Shown: one piece after another, positions 19,806-30,168 of the stretch
Position numbering within the stretch: position 1 is the stretch's first letter
Layout: each line of letters opens with the position of its first letter
IMG/VR virus record: IMGVR_UViG_3300042476_000679
Coordinates: 1 to 61,005 of that record
DNA from: a virus
Taxonomy: Duplodnaviria; Caudoviricetes
Length of the DNA stretch: 61,005 nt
Reading direction: 5' to 3' (one strand)
Program-made: the position numbers and the translations under genes
The notes under the pieces: model-generated
The model's database searches: none
What the model saw: only the letters and a program-made list of their open reading frames with translations
What the model was told of the DNA's origin: nothing

Positions 19806-20589
19806 TAAACTATCCGACGATCAAAAGAAAAGTTTCTTAATAAAAGAATACGAAAAAAACAATAAAAGTTTTCAGGATATAGCATCAGAGTCTGGAACAT
19901 ATGCTAATAAAGTTCGTAGAGATGCTATAAAATATGGTATAAAAATAAAAGATAAGAGCCAAGCTCAAAAAAATGCCCTTAAAAGTGGAAAAGCAACTCA
20001 CCCAACAAAGGGTTTGGCACGATCAGAAGATATAAAAAATAAAATTGGACTATCTGTAATGCAATCATGGGAGAGTCTTGATGCTAAAGAATTAAAAAAG
20101 CGAAAAGATACTGCTCGCAAAAATTGGGAAAATTTATCTGATGATATTAAAGAAAATATTTTAAGAGAAGCTAATGCGGCGGTCAGAGAAACTAGTAAAA
20201 CAGGATCAAAATTGGAAAAATTTCTACTGGATTGTTTATTGAAAGATGGATTCAAAGTAGATTTTCACAAAGAGCAGTCGTTGCTCAATACAAAGTTGCA
20301 GATCGATCTCTTCCTTCCTAAATTAAATGTGGCTATTGAGATTGATGGACCGTCACACTTTAAACCGGTATGGGGACAAGACAATCTTAATAAAAACAAA
20401 GGATATGATAATAAAAAAACGGGACTAATTTTAGGCAAGGGTTTGGTGTTGATAAGAATCAAACAAACCAGAGATTTTTCCAAAGCACGAGCACAAACAA
20501 TTTATAATCAATTAAAAAACTATTTACAAGATATTCAGCAAAAATTTCCCAATAAAGATAATAGGAACTTAGAAATAGGAGACTCATGA
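19795..20589 (+). CDS. Vsr/DUF559-like endonuclease with N-terminal DNA-binding region (homing-endonuclease-like)
   Basis: HTH-like N-terminus, NUMOD-like RSEDIKNKIG, SKLE...IDL...IEIDGPSH. Confidence 0.7.
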   Translation: MNYNKLSDDQKKSFLIKEYEKNNKSFQDIASESGTYANKVRRDAIKYGIKIKDKSQAQKNALKSGKATHPTKGLARSEDIKNKIGLSVMQSWESLDAKELKKRKDTARKNWENLSDDIKENILREANAAVRETSKTGSKLEKFLLDCLLKDGFKVDFHKEQSLLNTKLQIDLFLPKLNVAIEIDGPSHFKPVWGQDNLNKNKGYDNKKTGLILGKGLVLIRIKQTRDFSKARAQTIYNQLKNYLQDIQQKFPNKDNRNLEIGDS

Positions 20590-21314
20590 TGGCAAGACCC
20601 AAAAAAGAAATCGTTGAATCTGTTAATGAAAACACAGCAGTACCAGATGCTAATCAAAAGCCTGTATCACCCAATGATCTGGAATGGACTGACCATGTTT
20701 TAAGTTTATTGGCTGATGATGAAAAAATTAATGGTAATCCTACTACAGAAGGTTTAAGGCGTATTTTTGAAGTAGCATTAAATTGTAGCACAATGGAAGC
20801 TAGAACAGAAGTTGTTCAAAGTCCAGATTTGGCCAATGAGAGACGAGCCACTGTGGTTTATTCTCTGTCTTATGTTTTAAATGATCAGTCTGTACCAGAA
20901 GATATTAAATATCGAACCGTTAGTGCCGCAGCAGACGTTTATTGGGGTAACTGTGACAAAGTATTTAGGAATCATCCCGTGGCCGTAGCAGAAACACGAG
21001 CAGAAGGACGAGCATTAAGAAAAGCTCTAAAATTACGCAAAGTGGTTACGGCGGATGAAATTGCTAAAGATGTTGTGGATCATAGCGAGCAAAATACAAC
21101 AATTAATCATAGTCAATTAAATTTCTTTGATGTTTTTGGAAAAAGGCTAAATATCAATATCAATAAATTATTAGATCATCTTGCTATTAATAGTTCGAAT
21201 ATCTATAATATATCATATGATGATGCTGTGAAAACTATCACAACACTATCCGGGTATCAACAAAACAACGATATACCTAAAGAAGTTATTGGGTATGATC
21301 CAAACTGGAAATAG
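20586..21314 (+). CDS. Possible Rad52/Sak-like ssDNA-annealing protein
   Basis: AVAETRAEGRALRKAL helix motif following beta strands. Confidence 0.4.
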   Translation: MMARPKKEIVESVNENTAVPDANQKPVSPNDLEWTDHVLSLLADDEKINGNPTTEGLRRIFEVALNCSTMEARTEVVQSPDLANERRATVVYSLSYVLNDQSVPEDIKYRTVSAAADVYWGNCDKVFRNHPVAVAETRAEGRALRKALKLRKVVTADEIAKDVVDHSEQNTTINHSQLNFFDVFGKRLNININKLLDHLAINSSNIYNISYDDAVKTITTLSGYQQNNDIPKEVIGYDPNWK

Positions 21315-21321
21315 GTGAAAT

Positions 21322-21651
21322 ATGAAAGTCAAATATAAGGTTGGAGATAAACTAGAATTCGAATTAGAAGGATCTGGTCAAAAAGAAATATTTAAAGAGT
21401 TGGCTCTGATCCAAGAAATTTTTGCTGAAGAAAAATGCGGATTGTGCGGAAGCACCAACCTTAGATTTGTTGTTCGTAATGTAGAAGGAAATGATTATTA
21501 CGAATTAAGGTGTGCTGATTGTGGTGCTATATTAGCATTTGGTCAGCATAAAAAAGGAGGAACACTATTTCCTAAGCGCAAAGACGATGATGGAAATTAT
21601 TTGCCCAATAAAGGCTGGCACAAATGGACAAAAGATAACAAGGATAAGTGA
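21322..21651 (+). CDS. Zinc-ribbon hypothetical protein
   Basis: CGLC...CADC. SD AGGTG. Confidence 0.65.
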   Translation: MKVKYKVGDKLEFELEGSGQKEIFKELALIQEIFAEEKCGLCGSTNLRFVVRNVEGNDYYELRCADCGAILAFGQHKKGGTLFPKRKDDDGNYLPNKGWHKWTKDNKDK

Positions 21652-23390
21652 TGAGTCCAATTTATACATATAATGGTAAGATATTAATCAATAATAATGC
21701 ATTAGCTGCAAACAGCAATTGTTGTTGTGACGGCTGCGGATGTAAATTATCATCAGGATCAACTAGTTATTTGGTTCATACATCTAGTTCTGTTAATATG
21801 GGCGGGTTAGGTGGTTTTAATTTTTGCACTATCACACCGGCTGGTATGAATGCTAGAGGAATAATAGCAAATCAATTTGTACTCTCTAATATAGGGCCAG
21901 CACTAGAAGAAGTGGCCGCTTGGCTAAATACTCTAGGATGGTGCGCATCAGCAGGATGTAATTGTTGCGAATCTGCTTTTCCAGAAAGTGCATCAGAAGA
22001 CAATCCGCTGTGGGCTTTGGAGTGGCCGTGTACGGACGATGGTTTAGTAGATGAAAATAATTTAGCACAAGCACAATTGGAATTTCCAGATATTCAAATA
22101 GGAGAATGCTGGACATTCAGAGTAATTAATAATCAAGATCCTTTTGATTCGTCTAGTCCATGTGATACTGATCCGTCGCCGTGTCCTCATTGCTGTACGG
22201 TATTTTCCGAACCATTTGCTTATATACAAGCTAGTTGTTGTAATAATTGCGGAGCTTTAGGGCCTTTAGTCAACTTTATTGGTACTGTTGAAGTTACTTT
22301 ACCAGACCCAAGCTCATTTCCTTTTACAACATCAACCGGAACAGCCAATCAACCATGCAATCCTGCTCCTCCCAATATCAATTGTTTTTGTGATGCTAAT
22401 ACTCCGTATCTAAATGGTGGTTTTACTATAGGTTATACTCCTAAGGGAGAAGGTTATCCTGGTATTTATTATATGACAGCAACGGCCAGATTATGCCGTA
22501 ATAATTCTTGCTGTATAGGTCCAAGTGGTGCAATAGAACTTGGTGTTGAGCCAGGAACTTGTAGTTATGTTTTTGATACCGAAACAGAGTGTGAATGTAG
22601 GGATATTCCTAAAACGCTGTGCTGTATATTACATACCAGAGAAGTAAAGGGTAGTCTGAATGGTCAGTTTGCGGCAGATAATGTGGGAGGAAGTTATACG
22701 CCAATACCAGGAGCCGTTAGTGGTACTGATTACTGTCCAAGTGGCGTGTATGCAGAATTAACTCCACCAGGATATGGTCCCGGTAATTATAATGTGAATA
22801 GATATAATCTAGCGTATTCATATTATTATGAATCTCGAAATCCGCCAGAAATTCCAGATATTTTACCGGGGTGGCAGAATGTTGGTGGTAATTATGTTTA
22901 TACTGGAGTTGGTGCTCCGAGTGCTGATACGGTTTTAACTCTTGGCGGAGCATGGATAGTAGGTAATTCAGCACGACAATATACTTGGACTCCTGCTGGC
23001 GGGACTACTTTCAGTCCAAACCTAGAAATTAGCGAATCAGCATTAGACGGAGATCCTTTTTATTGTAGGTGGAAGAGTAAAGAATATTATTTTGAATGGA
23101 GATGGGTCAGTTTAGCTAATGTTGCTACTTGTGGTCCGGCATCTGGAGATGCTGATTATTTAGCCATAGCGAGTGCTGCTGAAGCCGGTAATTTTTATTG
23201 TGGAGCTGGTACTAATGAATGTTTAACTGTTGCAAATTTAATTAGTAGTGGTGGCAGAACCTACTTTCCTTTACCCAACTTTCAACAACAATTAAATACT
23301 AATCAAACAGAACAACAGTGTGGGCCTCAGTGGGGAACATGGCAAAACGGAATATGTGGAGAGGTTGACTGCGGACAACAATTACCATGA
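21648..23390 (+). CDS. Cysteine-rich putative virion/fibre protein
   Basis: 580 aa with many CC/CxC clusters, Gly/Pro/Thr-rich, no signal peptide. Confidence 0.55.
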   Translation: MMSPIYTYNGKILINNNALAANSNCCCDGCGCKLSSGSTSYLVHTSSSVNMGGLGGFNFCTITPAGMNARGIIANQFVLSNIGPALEEVAAWLNTLGWCASAGCNCCESAFPESASEDNPLWALEWPCTDDGLVDENNLAQAQLEFPDIQIGECWTFRVINNQDPFDSSSPCDTDPSPCPHCCTVFSEPFAYIQASCCNNCGALGPLVNFIGTVEVTLPDPSSFPFTTSTGTANQPCNPAPPNINCFCDANTPYLNGGFTIGYTPKGEGYPGIYYMTATARLCRNNSCCIGPSGAIELGVEPGTCSYVFDTETECECRDIPKTLCCILHTREVKGSLNGQFAADNVGGSYTPIPGAVSGTDYCPSGVYAELTPPGYGPGNYNVNRYNLAYSYYYESRNPPEIPDILPGWQNVGGNYVYTGVGAPSADTVLTLGGAWIVGNSARQYTWTPAGGTTFSPNLEISESALDGDPFYCRWKSKEYYFEWRWVSLANVATCGPASGDADYLAIASAAEAGNFYCGAGTNECLTVANLISSGGRTYFPLPNFQQQLNTNQTEQQCGPQWGTWQNGICGEVDCGQQLP

Positions 23391-23791
23391 TTATGGAAAG
23401 TCATTATAAGTATTTGCAACAGCGTTGTGATGAGCGTGGATGGACTATGGAAGAGGTGATGCCGTGTGTGGTATCCAAGAATGGAGATATATGGTTAATT
23501 GATGTGTCTCATCCTAATTATCCTAAATATCATAAAACTGGCAAAGTTGGCACAGAATTAAAAAAACTATTATCAAAAATTGGCATACACGCTAAACCAA
23601 ATTGCTCTTGCAATTCTAGGGCCGCCTATATGGATCAACAAGGTATAGAATGGTGCGAAAATAATGTCGATATTATCATTGGTTGGTTAAAAGAAGAAGC
23701 AAATAATAGAAAACTACCATTCATCAATGCTGCTGGTAAATTATTGGTAAAAAGAGCTATAAGTAATGCCAAAAGAAATCGCAGCAAATAA
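23387..23791 (+). CDS. Hypothetical protein (GTELKKLL...CSC...WC motif)
   Basis: 134 aa, coupled to the Cys-rich gene. Confidence 0.65.
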   Translation: MIMESHYKYLQQRCDERGWTMEEVMPCVVSKNGDIWLIDVSHPNYPKYHKTGKVGTELKKLLSKIGIHAKPNCSCNSRAAYMDQQGIEWCENNVDIIIGWLKEEANNRKLPFINAAGKLLVKRAISNAKRNRSK

Positions 23792-25403
23792 GATATCTTT
23801 TATAACGGGCATATGGGATCTTGGACGAGATCAGTCTAATCCTGGCTGGAATCGTTCGTTTGATCATTATATAGAGAATTTTATTAGATTATTGAATGAG
23901 ATGCGGGATTTTAATCTTATCATATTTATTGATAAGTCGCTAGAAGAGTTAGTTTGGCAGCACCGGGATCCTGTCAACACTAGAGTTTATCGTCACTCTA
24001 AAGAGCAGTTTAAGCCTCCATTCTTTCCATTTTTTGAAAAAATACAAACCATTCGCAATAATCCAGAATGGTACAATCAGGCAGGATGGTTGAAAGATAG
24101 CACTCAGGGTAGTTTAGAGTATTATAATCCCATGGTCATGAGCAAAATGTTTTTGCTTCATAACGCTAAATGTTTTAATCCATTTGATAGTGATTATTTT
24201 TATTGGATAGATGGTGGCTTGAGCAATACTGTCAGTTTAGGTTATTTTAATAATCCTATGGTTATAGATAATCTGCTTGATTTATCAGATAACTTTCTAT
24301 TTATTGCATTTCCTTATGAAACATCTAGCGAGATTCATGGTTTTAATATTGAGGGTATGAAAAAATATGCTAAAAATAATAAGGTAAATCGTGTCGCTAG
24401 AGGCGGATTTTTTGGCGGACATAAAGATAGTATTTCTGCTGCAAATAATCTATATTATTCATTATTACAAGATACATTAGATAATGGATATATGGGAACT
24501 GAAGAAAGCATATTTACTATTATGACATATTTAGATCCTTTCACATATCACTATGAAATGATAGAGGATAATGGACTCATATATTATTTTTTTGAACAAC
24601 TACAAAAAACAAATACTAAACCTAAAATTAATAAGACCAATTTATATATTATCACTTTTAATAGTCCACAGCAATTACAAATGGTTTTAGAATCATTTGA
24701 AAAGTATGATAATAACTTTCTAGATAAAACAAATAAAATACTTATTAATAATTCTACGAATGAGTCTTTATTTACAGAATATGATAAGATTGTAGAAAAA
24801 TATCAGTTTGAACAAATTAGAAATGGGAATTTAGGCATTTGTGGTGGGCGCCAATTAGCAGCAGAACATTTTGCAAAATCTGATGCTCAACATATGATAT
24901 TCTTTGAAGACGATATGTTATTGGATTATGAAGGGTCTTGTAATTTTGGATTTAAAAAACGTGTACCAGACCTGTATCATGGTCTAATGAAGATTATGCA
25001 TAAAGAGGGGTATGATTTTATTAAGTTCAGTTTCAGTGAATTTTATGGTCATAATGGTGATCAGTGGAGCTGGCACAATGTACCATATCATCAAAAAATA
25101 GAATATTTTGGTGAGTTACACGATAAACCATTAACTAAATTCAATAATATAAAAACTCTAAACGGATTACCATATGCTGATGGAGAGATTTATTATTCGA
25201 ATTGGCCTCATATTATAAGTCAAGAAGGCAATAAAAAATGCTTTATAGATACCAAATGGGATCATCCCTATGAACAAACATGGATGAGTCATATTTATAC
25301 TTTAACCAAACAGCATAAAGTGAAACCAGCAATATTATTAGCCAGCCCAATAACTCACAATAGGGTGCATCATTATCATGCAAATGAACGACGAGAAAAC
25401 TAA
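23766..25403 (+). CDS. HtrL/YibB-family glycosyltransferase fused to a GT-A domain
   Basis: ITGIWDLGR, MSKMFLL..NPFDSDYFYWIDGG, GGFFGG, EE. The second domain has LYIITFN...FFEDD. Confidence 0.75.
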   Translation: MPKEIAANKISFITGIWDLGRDQSNPGWNRSFDHYIENFIRLLNEMRDFNLIIFIDKSLEELVWQHRDPVNTRVYRHSKEQFKPPFFPFFEKIQTIRNNPEWYNQAGWLKDSTQGSLEYYNPMVMSKMFLLHNAKCFNPFDSDYFYWIDGGLSNTVSLGYFNNPMVIDNLLDLSDNFLFIAFPYETSSEIHGFNIEGMKKYAKNNKVNRVARGGFFGGHKDSISAANNLYYSLLQDTLDNGYMGTEESIFTIMTYLDPFTYHYEMIEDNGLIYYFFEQLQKTNTKPKINKTNLYIITFNSPQQLQMVLESFEKYDNNFLDKTNKILINNSTNESLFTEYDKIVEKYQFEQIRNGNLGICGGRQLAAEHFAKSDAQHMIFFEDDMLLDYEGSCNFGFKKRVPDLYHGLMKIMHKEGYDFIKFSFSEFYGHNGDQWSWHNVPYHQKIEYFGELHDKPLTKFNNIKTLNGLPYADGEIYYSNWPHIISQEGNKKCFIDTKWDHPYEQTWMSHIYTLTKQHKVKPAILLASPITHNRVHHYHANERREN

Positions 25404-26652
25404 TACTATATTTATACAGATAGCTTCGTACCGAGATCCTCAACTATTACCAACTATCAAAGACTGTTTAGAAAAAGCTAAGTTTCCACAAAATTTACGC
25501 TTTGGTATTTGCTGGCAACATTCTGATTCTGATGAATGGGATACTTTAGATGATTATTTATATGATAGTAGATTTAAAATTATAGATATAGATTATAAAG
25601 ATAGCAAAGGAGCGTGTTGGGCAAGAAATTATATTCAAAATTTATATCAGGGAGAAACATATACTTTACAATTAGATAGTCATCATAGATTTATTCAAGA
25701 TTGGGACGTTACTTTAATAGATATGTTAAAAGACCTACAAAATAAAGGATATTCTAAACCATTAATTACTGCCTATATACCTAGTTTTGATCCAGAAAAA
25801 GATCCAGAAGCCAGAGTTCTAGAACCATGGAAAATGACATTTGATCGCTACATTCCAGAAGGAGCTGTATTTTTTTTACCAGCAACCTTCGATCCTGCTA
25901 TAGATAATATAGAGGAACCATTAATGGGCAGATTTTATAGTGCTCATTTTGCGTTCTCTTTAGGCCAATTTTCAAAAGAAGTTAAACACGATCCAGAGTA
26001 TTATTTCCATGGAGAAGAGATAAATATAGCGGTGCGGGCTTTCACTAATGGGTATGATCTATTCTATCCTCATAAGGTTGTGTGTTGGCATGAATATACT
26101 AGAAAAGGAAGAACCAAACAGTGGGATGATGATAAGGATTGGGTTGGCCGTAATAATCATTGTCATTTGAGGAATCGTAAATTATTTGGTATGGATGGTC
26201 TGATTAATGATATAGATTTTGGTAAGTATGGTTTTGGTACAGTTAGATCTTTACGAGATTATGAGAAATATGCCGGAATGGAATTTAGCTCAAGATCTAT
26301 TACTCAGGATGTTGTTGATCATAAACCACCAAAACTAGAAAATATACAATTATCAGAAGATGAATTTCAGAATAGTCTATTACATATTTTTAAACATTGT
26401 ATTGATATAGGATATTACCAAGTGCCAGAAGACGATTATGATTTTTGGGCCGTGGCATTTAAAGACGAGAATGGGCAAGATATGTATAGACAAGATGCTG
26501 ATGCTGAAGAAATAAAAACCATGAAAAATGATCCTGATGGTTATTGTAAAATATGGCGTAGTTTTGAAACTCTTAAGAGACCATCTAGTTGGTTAGTTTG
26601 GCCTCATAGTATTAGTAAGGGCTGGGCTGATCCTATAGTGGGTATGGTATGA
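25378..26652 (+). CDS. GT60-family (Gnt1-like) polypeptide alpha-GlcNAc transferase
   Basis: IFIQIASYRD, GACWAR, LQLDSHHRF (DSH motif), FHGEE, AVRAFTNGYD, WHEY. Confidence 0.8.
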   Translation: MQMNDEKTNTIFIQIASYRDPQLLPTIKDCLEKAKFPQNLRFGICWQHSDSDEWDTLDDYLYDSRFKIIDIDYKDSKGACWARNYIQNLYQGETYTLQLDSHHRFIQDWDVTLIDMLKDLQNKGYSKPLITAYIPSFDPEKDPEARVLEPWKMTFDRYIPEGAVFFLPATFDPAIDNIEEPLMGRFYSAHFAFSLGQFSKEVKHDPEYYFHGEEINIAVRAFTNGYDLFYPHKVVCWHEYTRKGRTKQWDDDKDWVGRNNHCHLRNRKLFGMDGLINDIDFGKYGFGTVRSLRDYEKYAGMEFSSRSITQDVVDHKPPKLENIQLSEDEFQNSLLHIFKHCIDIGYYQVPEDDYDFWAVAFKDENGQDMYRQDADAEEIKTMKNDPDGYCKIWRSFETLKRPSSWLVWPHSISKGWADPIVGMV

Positions 26653-27632
26653 AATTACAGATTAGACATTATTTTAGAGATCTTGGTAATTTTTATGTTA
26701 CCAATTTTTTTCATAAATTTTATTCTGCTTTAGAGTCTCAGTATCCTGAGTGTACTTTTGAAATAATAAATGATGAGTCTTATGAGAATTTTGGATATGG
26801 TAGTATTTATAGTTGTATGAATTTTTCTATAATTAATCCATCTAATGAAAAATATATACTAATATCTTTTTTTGATAATTGGAAATATCATTTCATGAAA
26901 CATCTTGGATGGAAGCCATCTAAAATGGCTCAATTTTTTTATCCTGCTGGTTTTAATTATATTGACTATTTTAACTTTAAATTAATTGAAAAGAATAATC
27001 CTGATATTAACTGTCCATCAAACATACATAATGTATATAAACCTTTCTTCTATGGACCCTATGAGAATGGATCATTGGACCTTAAAGACCAGTTATTTAA
27101 AAATAGATCTATTGAATCCACCATACCTAAATTATATTTTAAGGGTTATATGTGGGATTTTAGAAAACAAATGACCAATAATCTTAAGGACGAATCTATT
27201 ATTATTCTAGATAAAAATATAGATAATAATAATCTAGACTATGGTGATTATCTAAGCGAACTTGCTGGATATAGGTGCGCACTCAGTCTGCCGGGCGGAA
27301 CTGAAATTTGTAATCGGGATATAGAGTGTTTCGCAATAGGGGTTCCTGTTATTAGGCCGTATCTCGACATACAATATCCTGATCCCCTTATACCTAATTA
27401 TCATTATATTAGCTGTTATATGGACTGTAAATACTGGAGTGGTAATCCGTCTTATTTAGATTACAATCTGTTTGCTGTTCATCTAGCGCACTACTGGCAT
27501 AAAATAAAAGATAATTTCGAATATTTATCATTTGTATCTCACAATGCTAGAAATTGGTTTATGAAAAATTGCACATTAGATAATAATATAAAATATGTAT
27601 TATCACAAATAAATATGGAGACTTTAAAATGA
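26649..27632 (+). CDS. GT-B-type glycosyltransferase (GT47/GT90-like C-terminus)
   Basis: LYFKG, DYLSEL...ALSLPGG...RDIECFAIGVPVI...LIPNYHYI. Confidence 0.6.
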   Translation: MKLQIRHYFRDLGNFYVTNFFHKFYSALESQYPECTFEIINDESYENFGYGSIYSCMNFSIINPSNEKYILISFFDNWKYHFMKHLGWKPSKMAQFFYPAGFNYIDYFNFKLIEKNNPDINCPSNIHNVYKPFFYGPYENGSLDLKDQLFKNRSIESTIPKLYFKGYMWDFRKQMTNNLKDESIIILDKNIDNNNLDYGDYLSELAGYRCALSLPGGTEICNRDIECFAIGVPVIRPYLDIQYPDPLIPNYHYISCYMDCKYWSGNPSYLDYNLFAVHLAHYWHKIKDNFEYLSFVSHNARNWFMKNCTLDNNIKYVLSQINMETLK

Positions 27633-28240
27633 TTAATGGTGGTTTTGCTTATGGATATTTGTTTATGAGTCAACATCCTGATACTCCTAGAGTATTTAAG
27701 GAGTTTTTATCAGAAGTTAAACCAGCACGAATATTAGAAATTGGTACTTTTCATGGGGGATTAACCTTGTGTTTAAGAGATATTATGGATGAATTAGGAT
27801 TACACAACAACCCCATACTAACATACGATATAAATGATCAAGAATTTTTGAAACCACTAGTCAAGAATCGAAATGTTAACGTACAAACTAAAAATCTATT
27901 TGATTATGAACAAAATACTTTTATTAATGATGAAGCCAAAGAAGAACTGGTATCTTTTATACAACAAGATGGGATAACATTAATATTGTGCGATGGCGGA
28001 TGTAAAAAATGTGAATATAATATATTAGCTCCACTATTAAAAATCGGCGATATTATAATGGCGCACGACTATGCTCCAGATCAAGTATATTTTGAAAAAT
28101 ATATGAAAGATAAAATTTGGAATTGGCATGAGATCAAAGATAGTGATATAGAAATATCTACAAAAAAATATAATCTATATAGTTTAAAACAAGAACTACT
28201 TATTAATATAGCATGGTTGTCGAGATTAAAGCATGAATGA
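27629..28240 (+). CDS. Class I SAM-dependent methyltransferase (CmcI/Methyltransf_24-like)
   Basis: ILEIGTFHGG, TYDI, ILCDGG, IMAHDY. Confidence 0.75.
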   Translation: MINGGFAYGYLFMSQHPDTPRVFKEFLSEVKPARILEIGTFHGGLTLCLRDIMDELGLHNNPILTYDINDQEFLKPLVKNRNVNVQTKNLFDYEQNTFINDEAKEELVSFIQQDGITLILCDGGCKKCEYNILAPLLKIGDIIMAHDYAPDQVYFEKYMKDKIWNWHEIKDSDIEISTKKYNLYSLKQELLINIAWLSRLKHE

Positions 28241-29261
28241 AATATGGGTTGCAGGATATCCATCATTTGTCGGTGGTGCAGATACTGAGTTGGATCATAA
28301 TATTGATTTGTGGAGAGAATATAGCGTTGATATAAATTTGGTTCCTATGTTTGGATGCGATAATAAAATGAGAAAACTATGCGATAGTAGAGGGTGTAAA
28401 ACTATACCGTATACAAAGGATATATTTAAAGATAAGATTGTGGTGTCTTTTTGTAACGGAGAATTTTTAAAAAAATTACCAGAGATTATGGAATATGGTA
28501 AGCCTAAAATGATTATTTGGTTTAATTGTATGACCTGGTTATTTGACAATGAAATTATAGCCATAAAAAATAAATGGATTGATTATTATGGATTTGTATC
28601 TGAGTATCAAAAAAAACTATTGTTGTCAGCCATCCAAAGTAGAACAGATTCGACAGTTCAGGAATTCGATGGTTATAAACCATATTTTAATCCAAAAAAT
28701 ATATCACAAAATTTAGCATTTAATTATAGAATACCCAAAGACTATTTTTGTATGGGTAGGATTTCAAGAGATGATGGGTCTAAGTTTTCTAGTGATATGT
28801 GGAATATTTTTTATAAAGTGAGTTCCCCGCTACCAACTAAAACTTTTATATTGGGCTTTGGAGAAAACGCATTTAGAAAGTGTGGCAGCGCGCCTGTTGG
28901 TTTGGATTGGCAAACATGGAGTGCCGGAGCAATTCCTGTTAAAGAATGTTATGATAGATTACATTGTTTAATACATAAAACTGGGGGTAGTAGAGAAAGT
29001 TATTGTCGTATAGTACCAGAATGTTATGCTACAGGCATACCTATAATAACAGAAAATCATTATGCTTTGCCAGAATTAATAATTAATGGAGAAACAGGAT
29101 TTTTATGCGACAGTTCAGATGAGATGAGTTATAGAGCAAGTCAACTCGCTTTTGATGAGTCTTTCAGAAAAAAAATAATAGATAATGCATATAATCATTT
29201 AGTAAATAATATATCTAATAGTATTCAGTGTATAAAACCATGGTTAAATATACTAAAGTAA
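28233..29261 (+). CDS. GT4-like glycosyltransferase
   Basis: GGAD N-terminal loop, GRISR, ESYCRIVPECYATGIPII, ELIINGETGFL. Confidence 0.75.
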   Translation: MNEIWVAGYPSFVGGADTELDHNIDLWREYSVDINLVPMFGCDNKMRKLCDSRGCKTIPYTKDIFKDKIVVSFCNGEFLKKLPEIMEYGKPKMIIWFNCMTWLFDNEIIAIKNKWIDYYGFVSEYQKKLLLSAIQSRTDSTVQEFDGYKPYFNPKNISQNLAFNYRIPKDYFCMGRISRDDGSKFSSDMWNIFYKVSSPLPTKTFILGFGENAFRKCGSAPVGLDWQTWSAGAIPVKECYDRLHCLIHKTGGSRESYCRIVPECYATGIPIITENHYALPELIINGETGFLCDSSDEMSYRASQLAFDESFRKKIIDNAYNHLVNNISNSIQCIKPWLNILK

Positions 29262-30152
29262 CATTTCTATAAAATATGATATTCTATTTTTTAAAGCTTC
29301 TGGAGTTGAATTATTATTATACCATTCATAGGCATTATTAATTAATTCTAGGGTTATTTTATTATTAGATAATATATTTAAAGCATTTTCTAAATTATCT
29401 CCATTAGGACCACAATCAATATAATGTGTGTTCGGTATTAAGGGATCAAATGTTATATTTTGCATTCTAGGTCTGATCAGGGGTACTTTTATTCCAAAAG
29501 ATTCTATCATTCTATGTGTAAATTCTCCAAAACCTCTACAATCCAAAACAGATTTTGATCTATTAACCCATTGCATATATTCATCAAAAGATAATCTGTG
29601 TCTTGGAGCAAATGGATCTAATACTCCTATTGCTGCATGATCGTCGTAGCCCTGTCCTTCTTTAACTAGACAATATTCACCACCATAATTAATACCAATA
29701 GATCTCATTTTTTTGGCTAAATTGTATCTTTCTAAAGATACCGCAATCCATCTACCATATGTTATTAAATCATGTGGTGTATTGCTATAATTTTGTTGTA
29801 GATTGTATATATTTTTTGCAAAATTTTTAGGATTATATGGTAAATATGTGAATGGAAATACTCTATTAGTGTAGTGATAATTAGGATTATATTGTAATTT
29901 TAAATAAATATGTTTATGATAATTAATTTTAATTTCCCAATCTGAGGCATCGCAGCAATCTATGACTAATAGATTATTATTTTCAAATAAAGCAAATATT
30001 ACACATTGATAATGTATGTCTTCTTGTACTTTATTAATATATTTATTAATTTCATAATTATCTTGATAAGGTATATTATAATCCCATAATAGCTCAACTA
30101 TATCTTTTGACCATCCCCAAGGCGTAAAAATATTAGATGGATTAATTTTCAT
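29253..30152 (-). CDS. GT-B-type glycosyltransferase, paralogue of 26649-27632
   Basis: EYMQ...VLDCRGFG...RMIESFGIKVPLIRP...DPLIPNTHYI...NAYEWY. Confidence 0.6.
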   Translation of the reverse strand: MKINPSNIFTPWGWSKDIVELLWDYNIPYQDNYEINKYINKVQEDIHYQCVIFALFENNNLLVIDCCDASDWEIKINYHKHIYLKLQYNPNYHYTNRVFPFTYLPYNPKNFAKNIYNLQQNYSNTPHDLITYGRWIAVSLERYNLAKKMRSIGINYGGEYCLVKEGQGYDDHAAIGVLDPFAPRHRLSFDEYMQWVNRSKSVLDCRGFGEFTHRMIESFGIKVPLIRPRMQNITFDPLIPNTHYIDCGPNGDNLENALNILSNNKITLELINNAYEWYNNNSTPEALKNRISYFIEMLL

Positions 30153-30168
30153 ATATTATATAATTAAA

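Noticed and set aside
21648-23390. Diversity-generating retroelement target
   Set aside because: No reverse transcriptase and no template/variable repeat pair is visible in the window.
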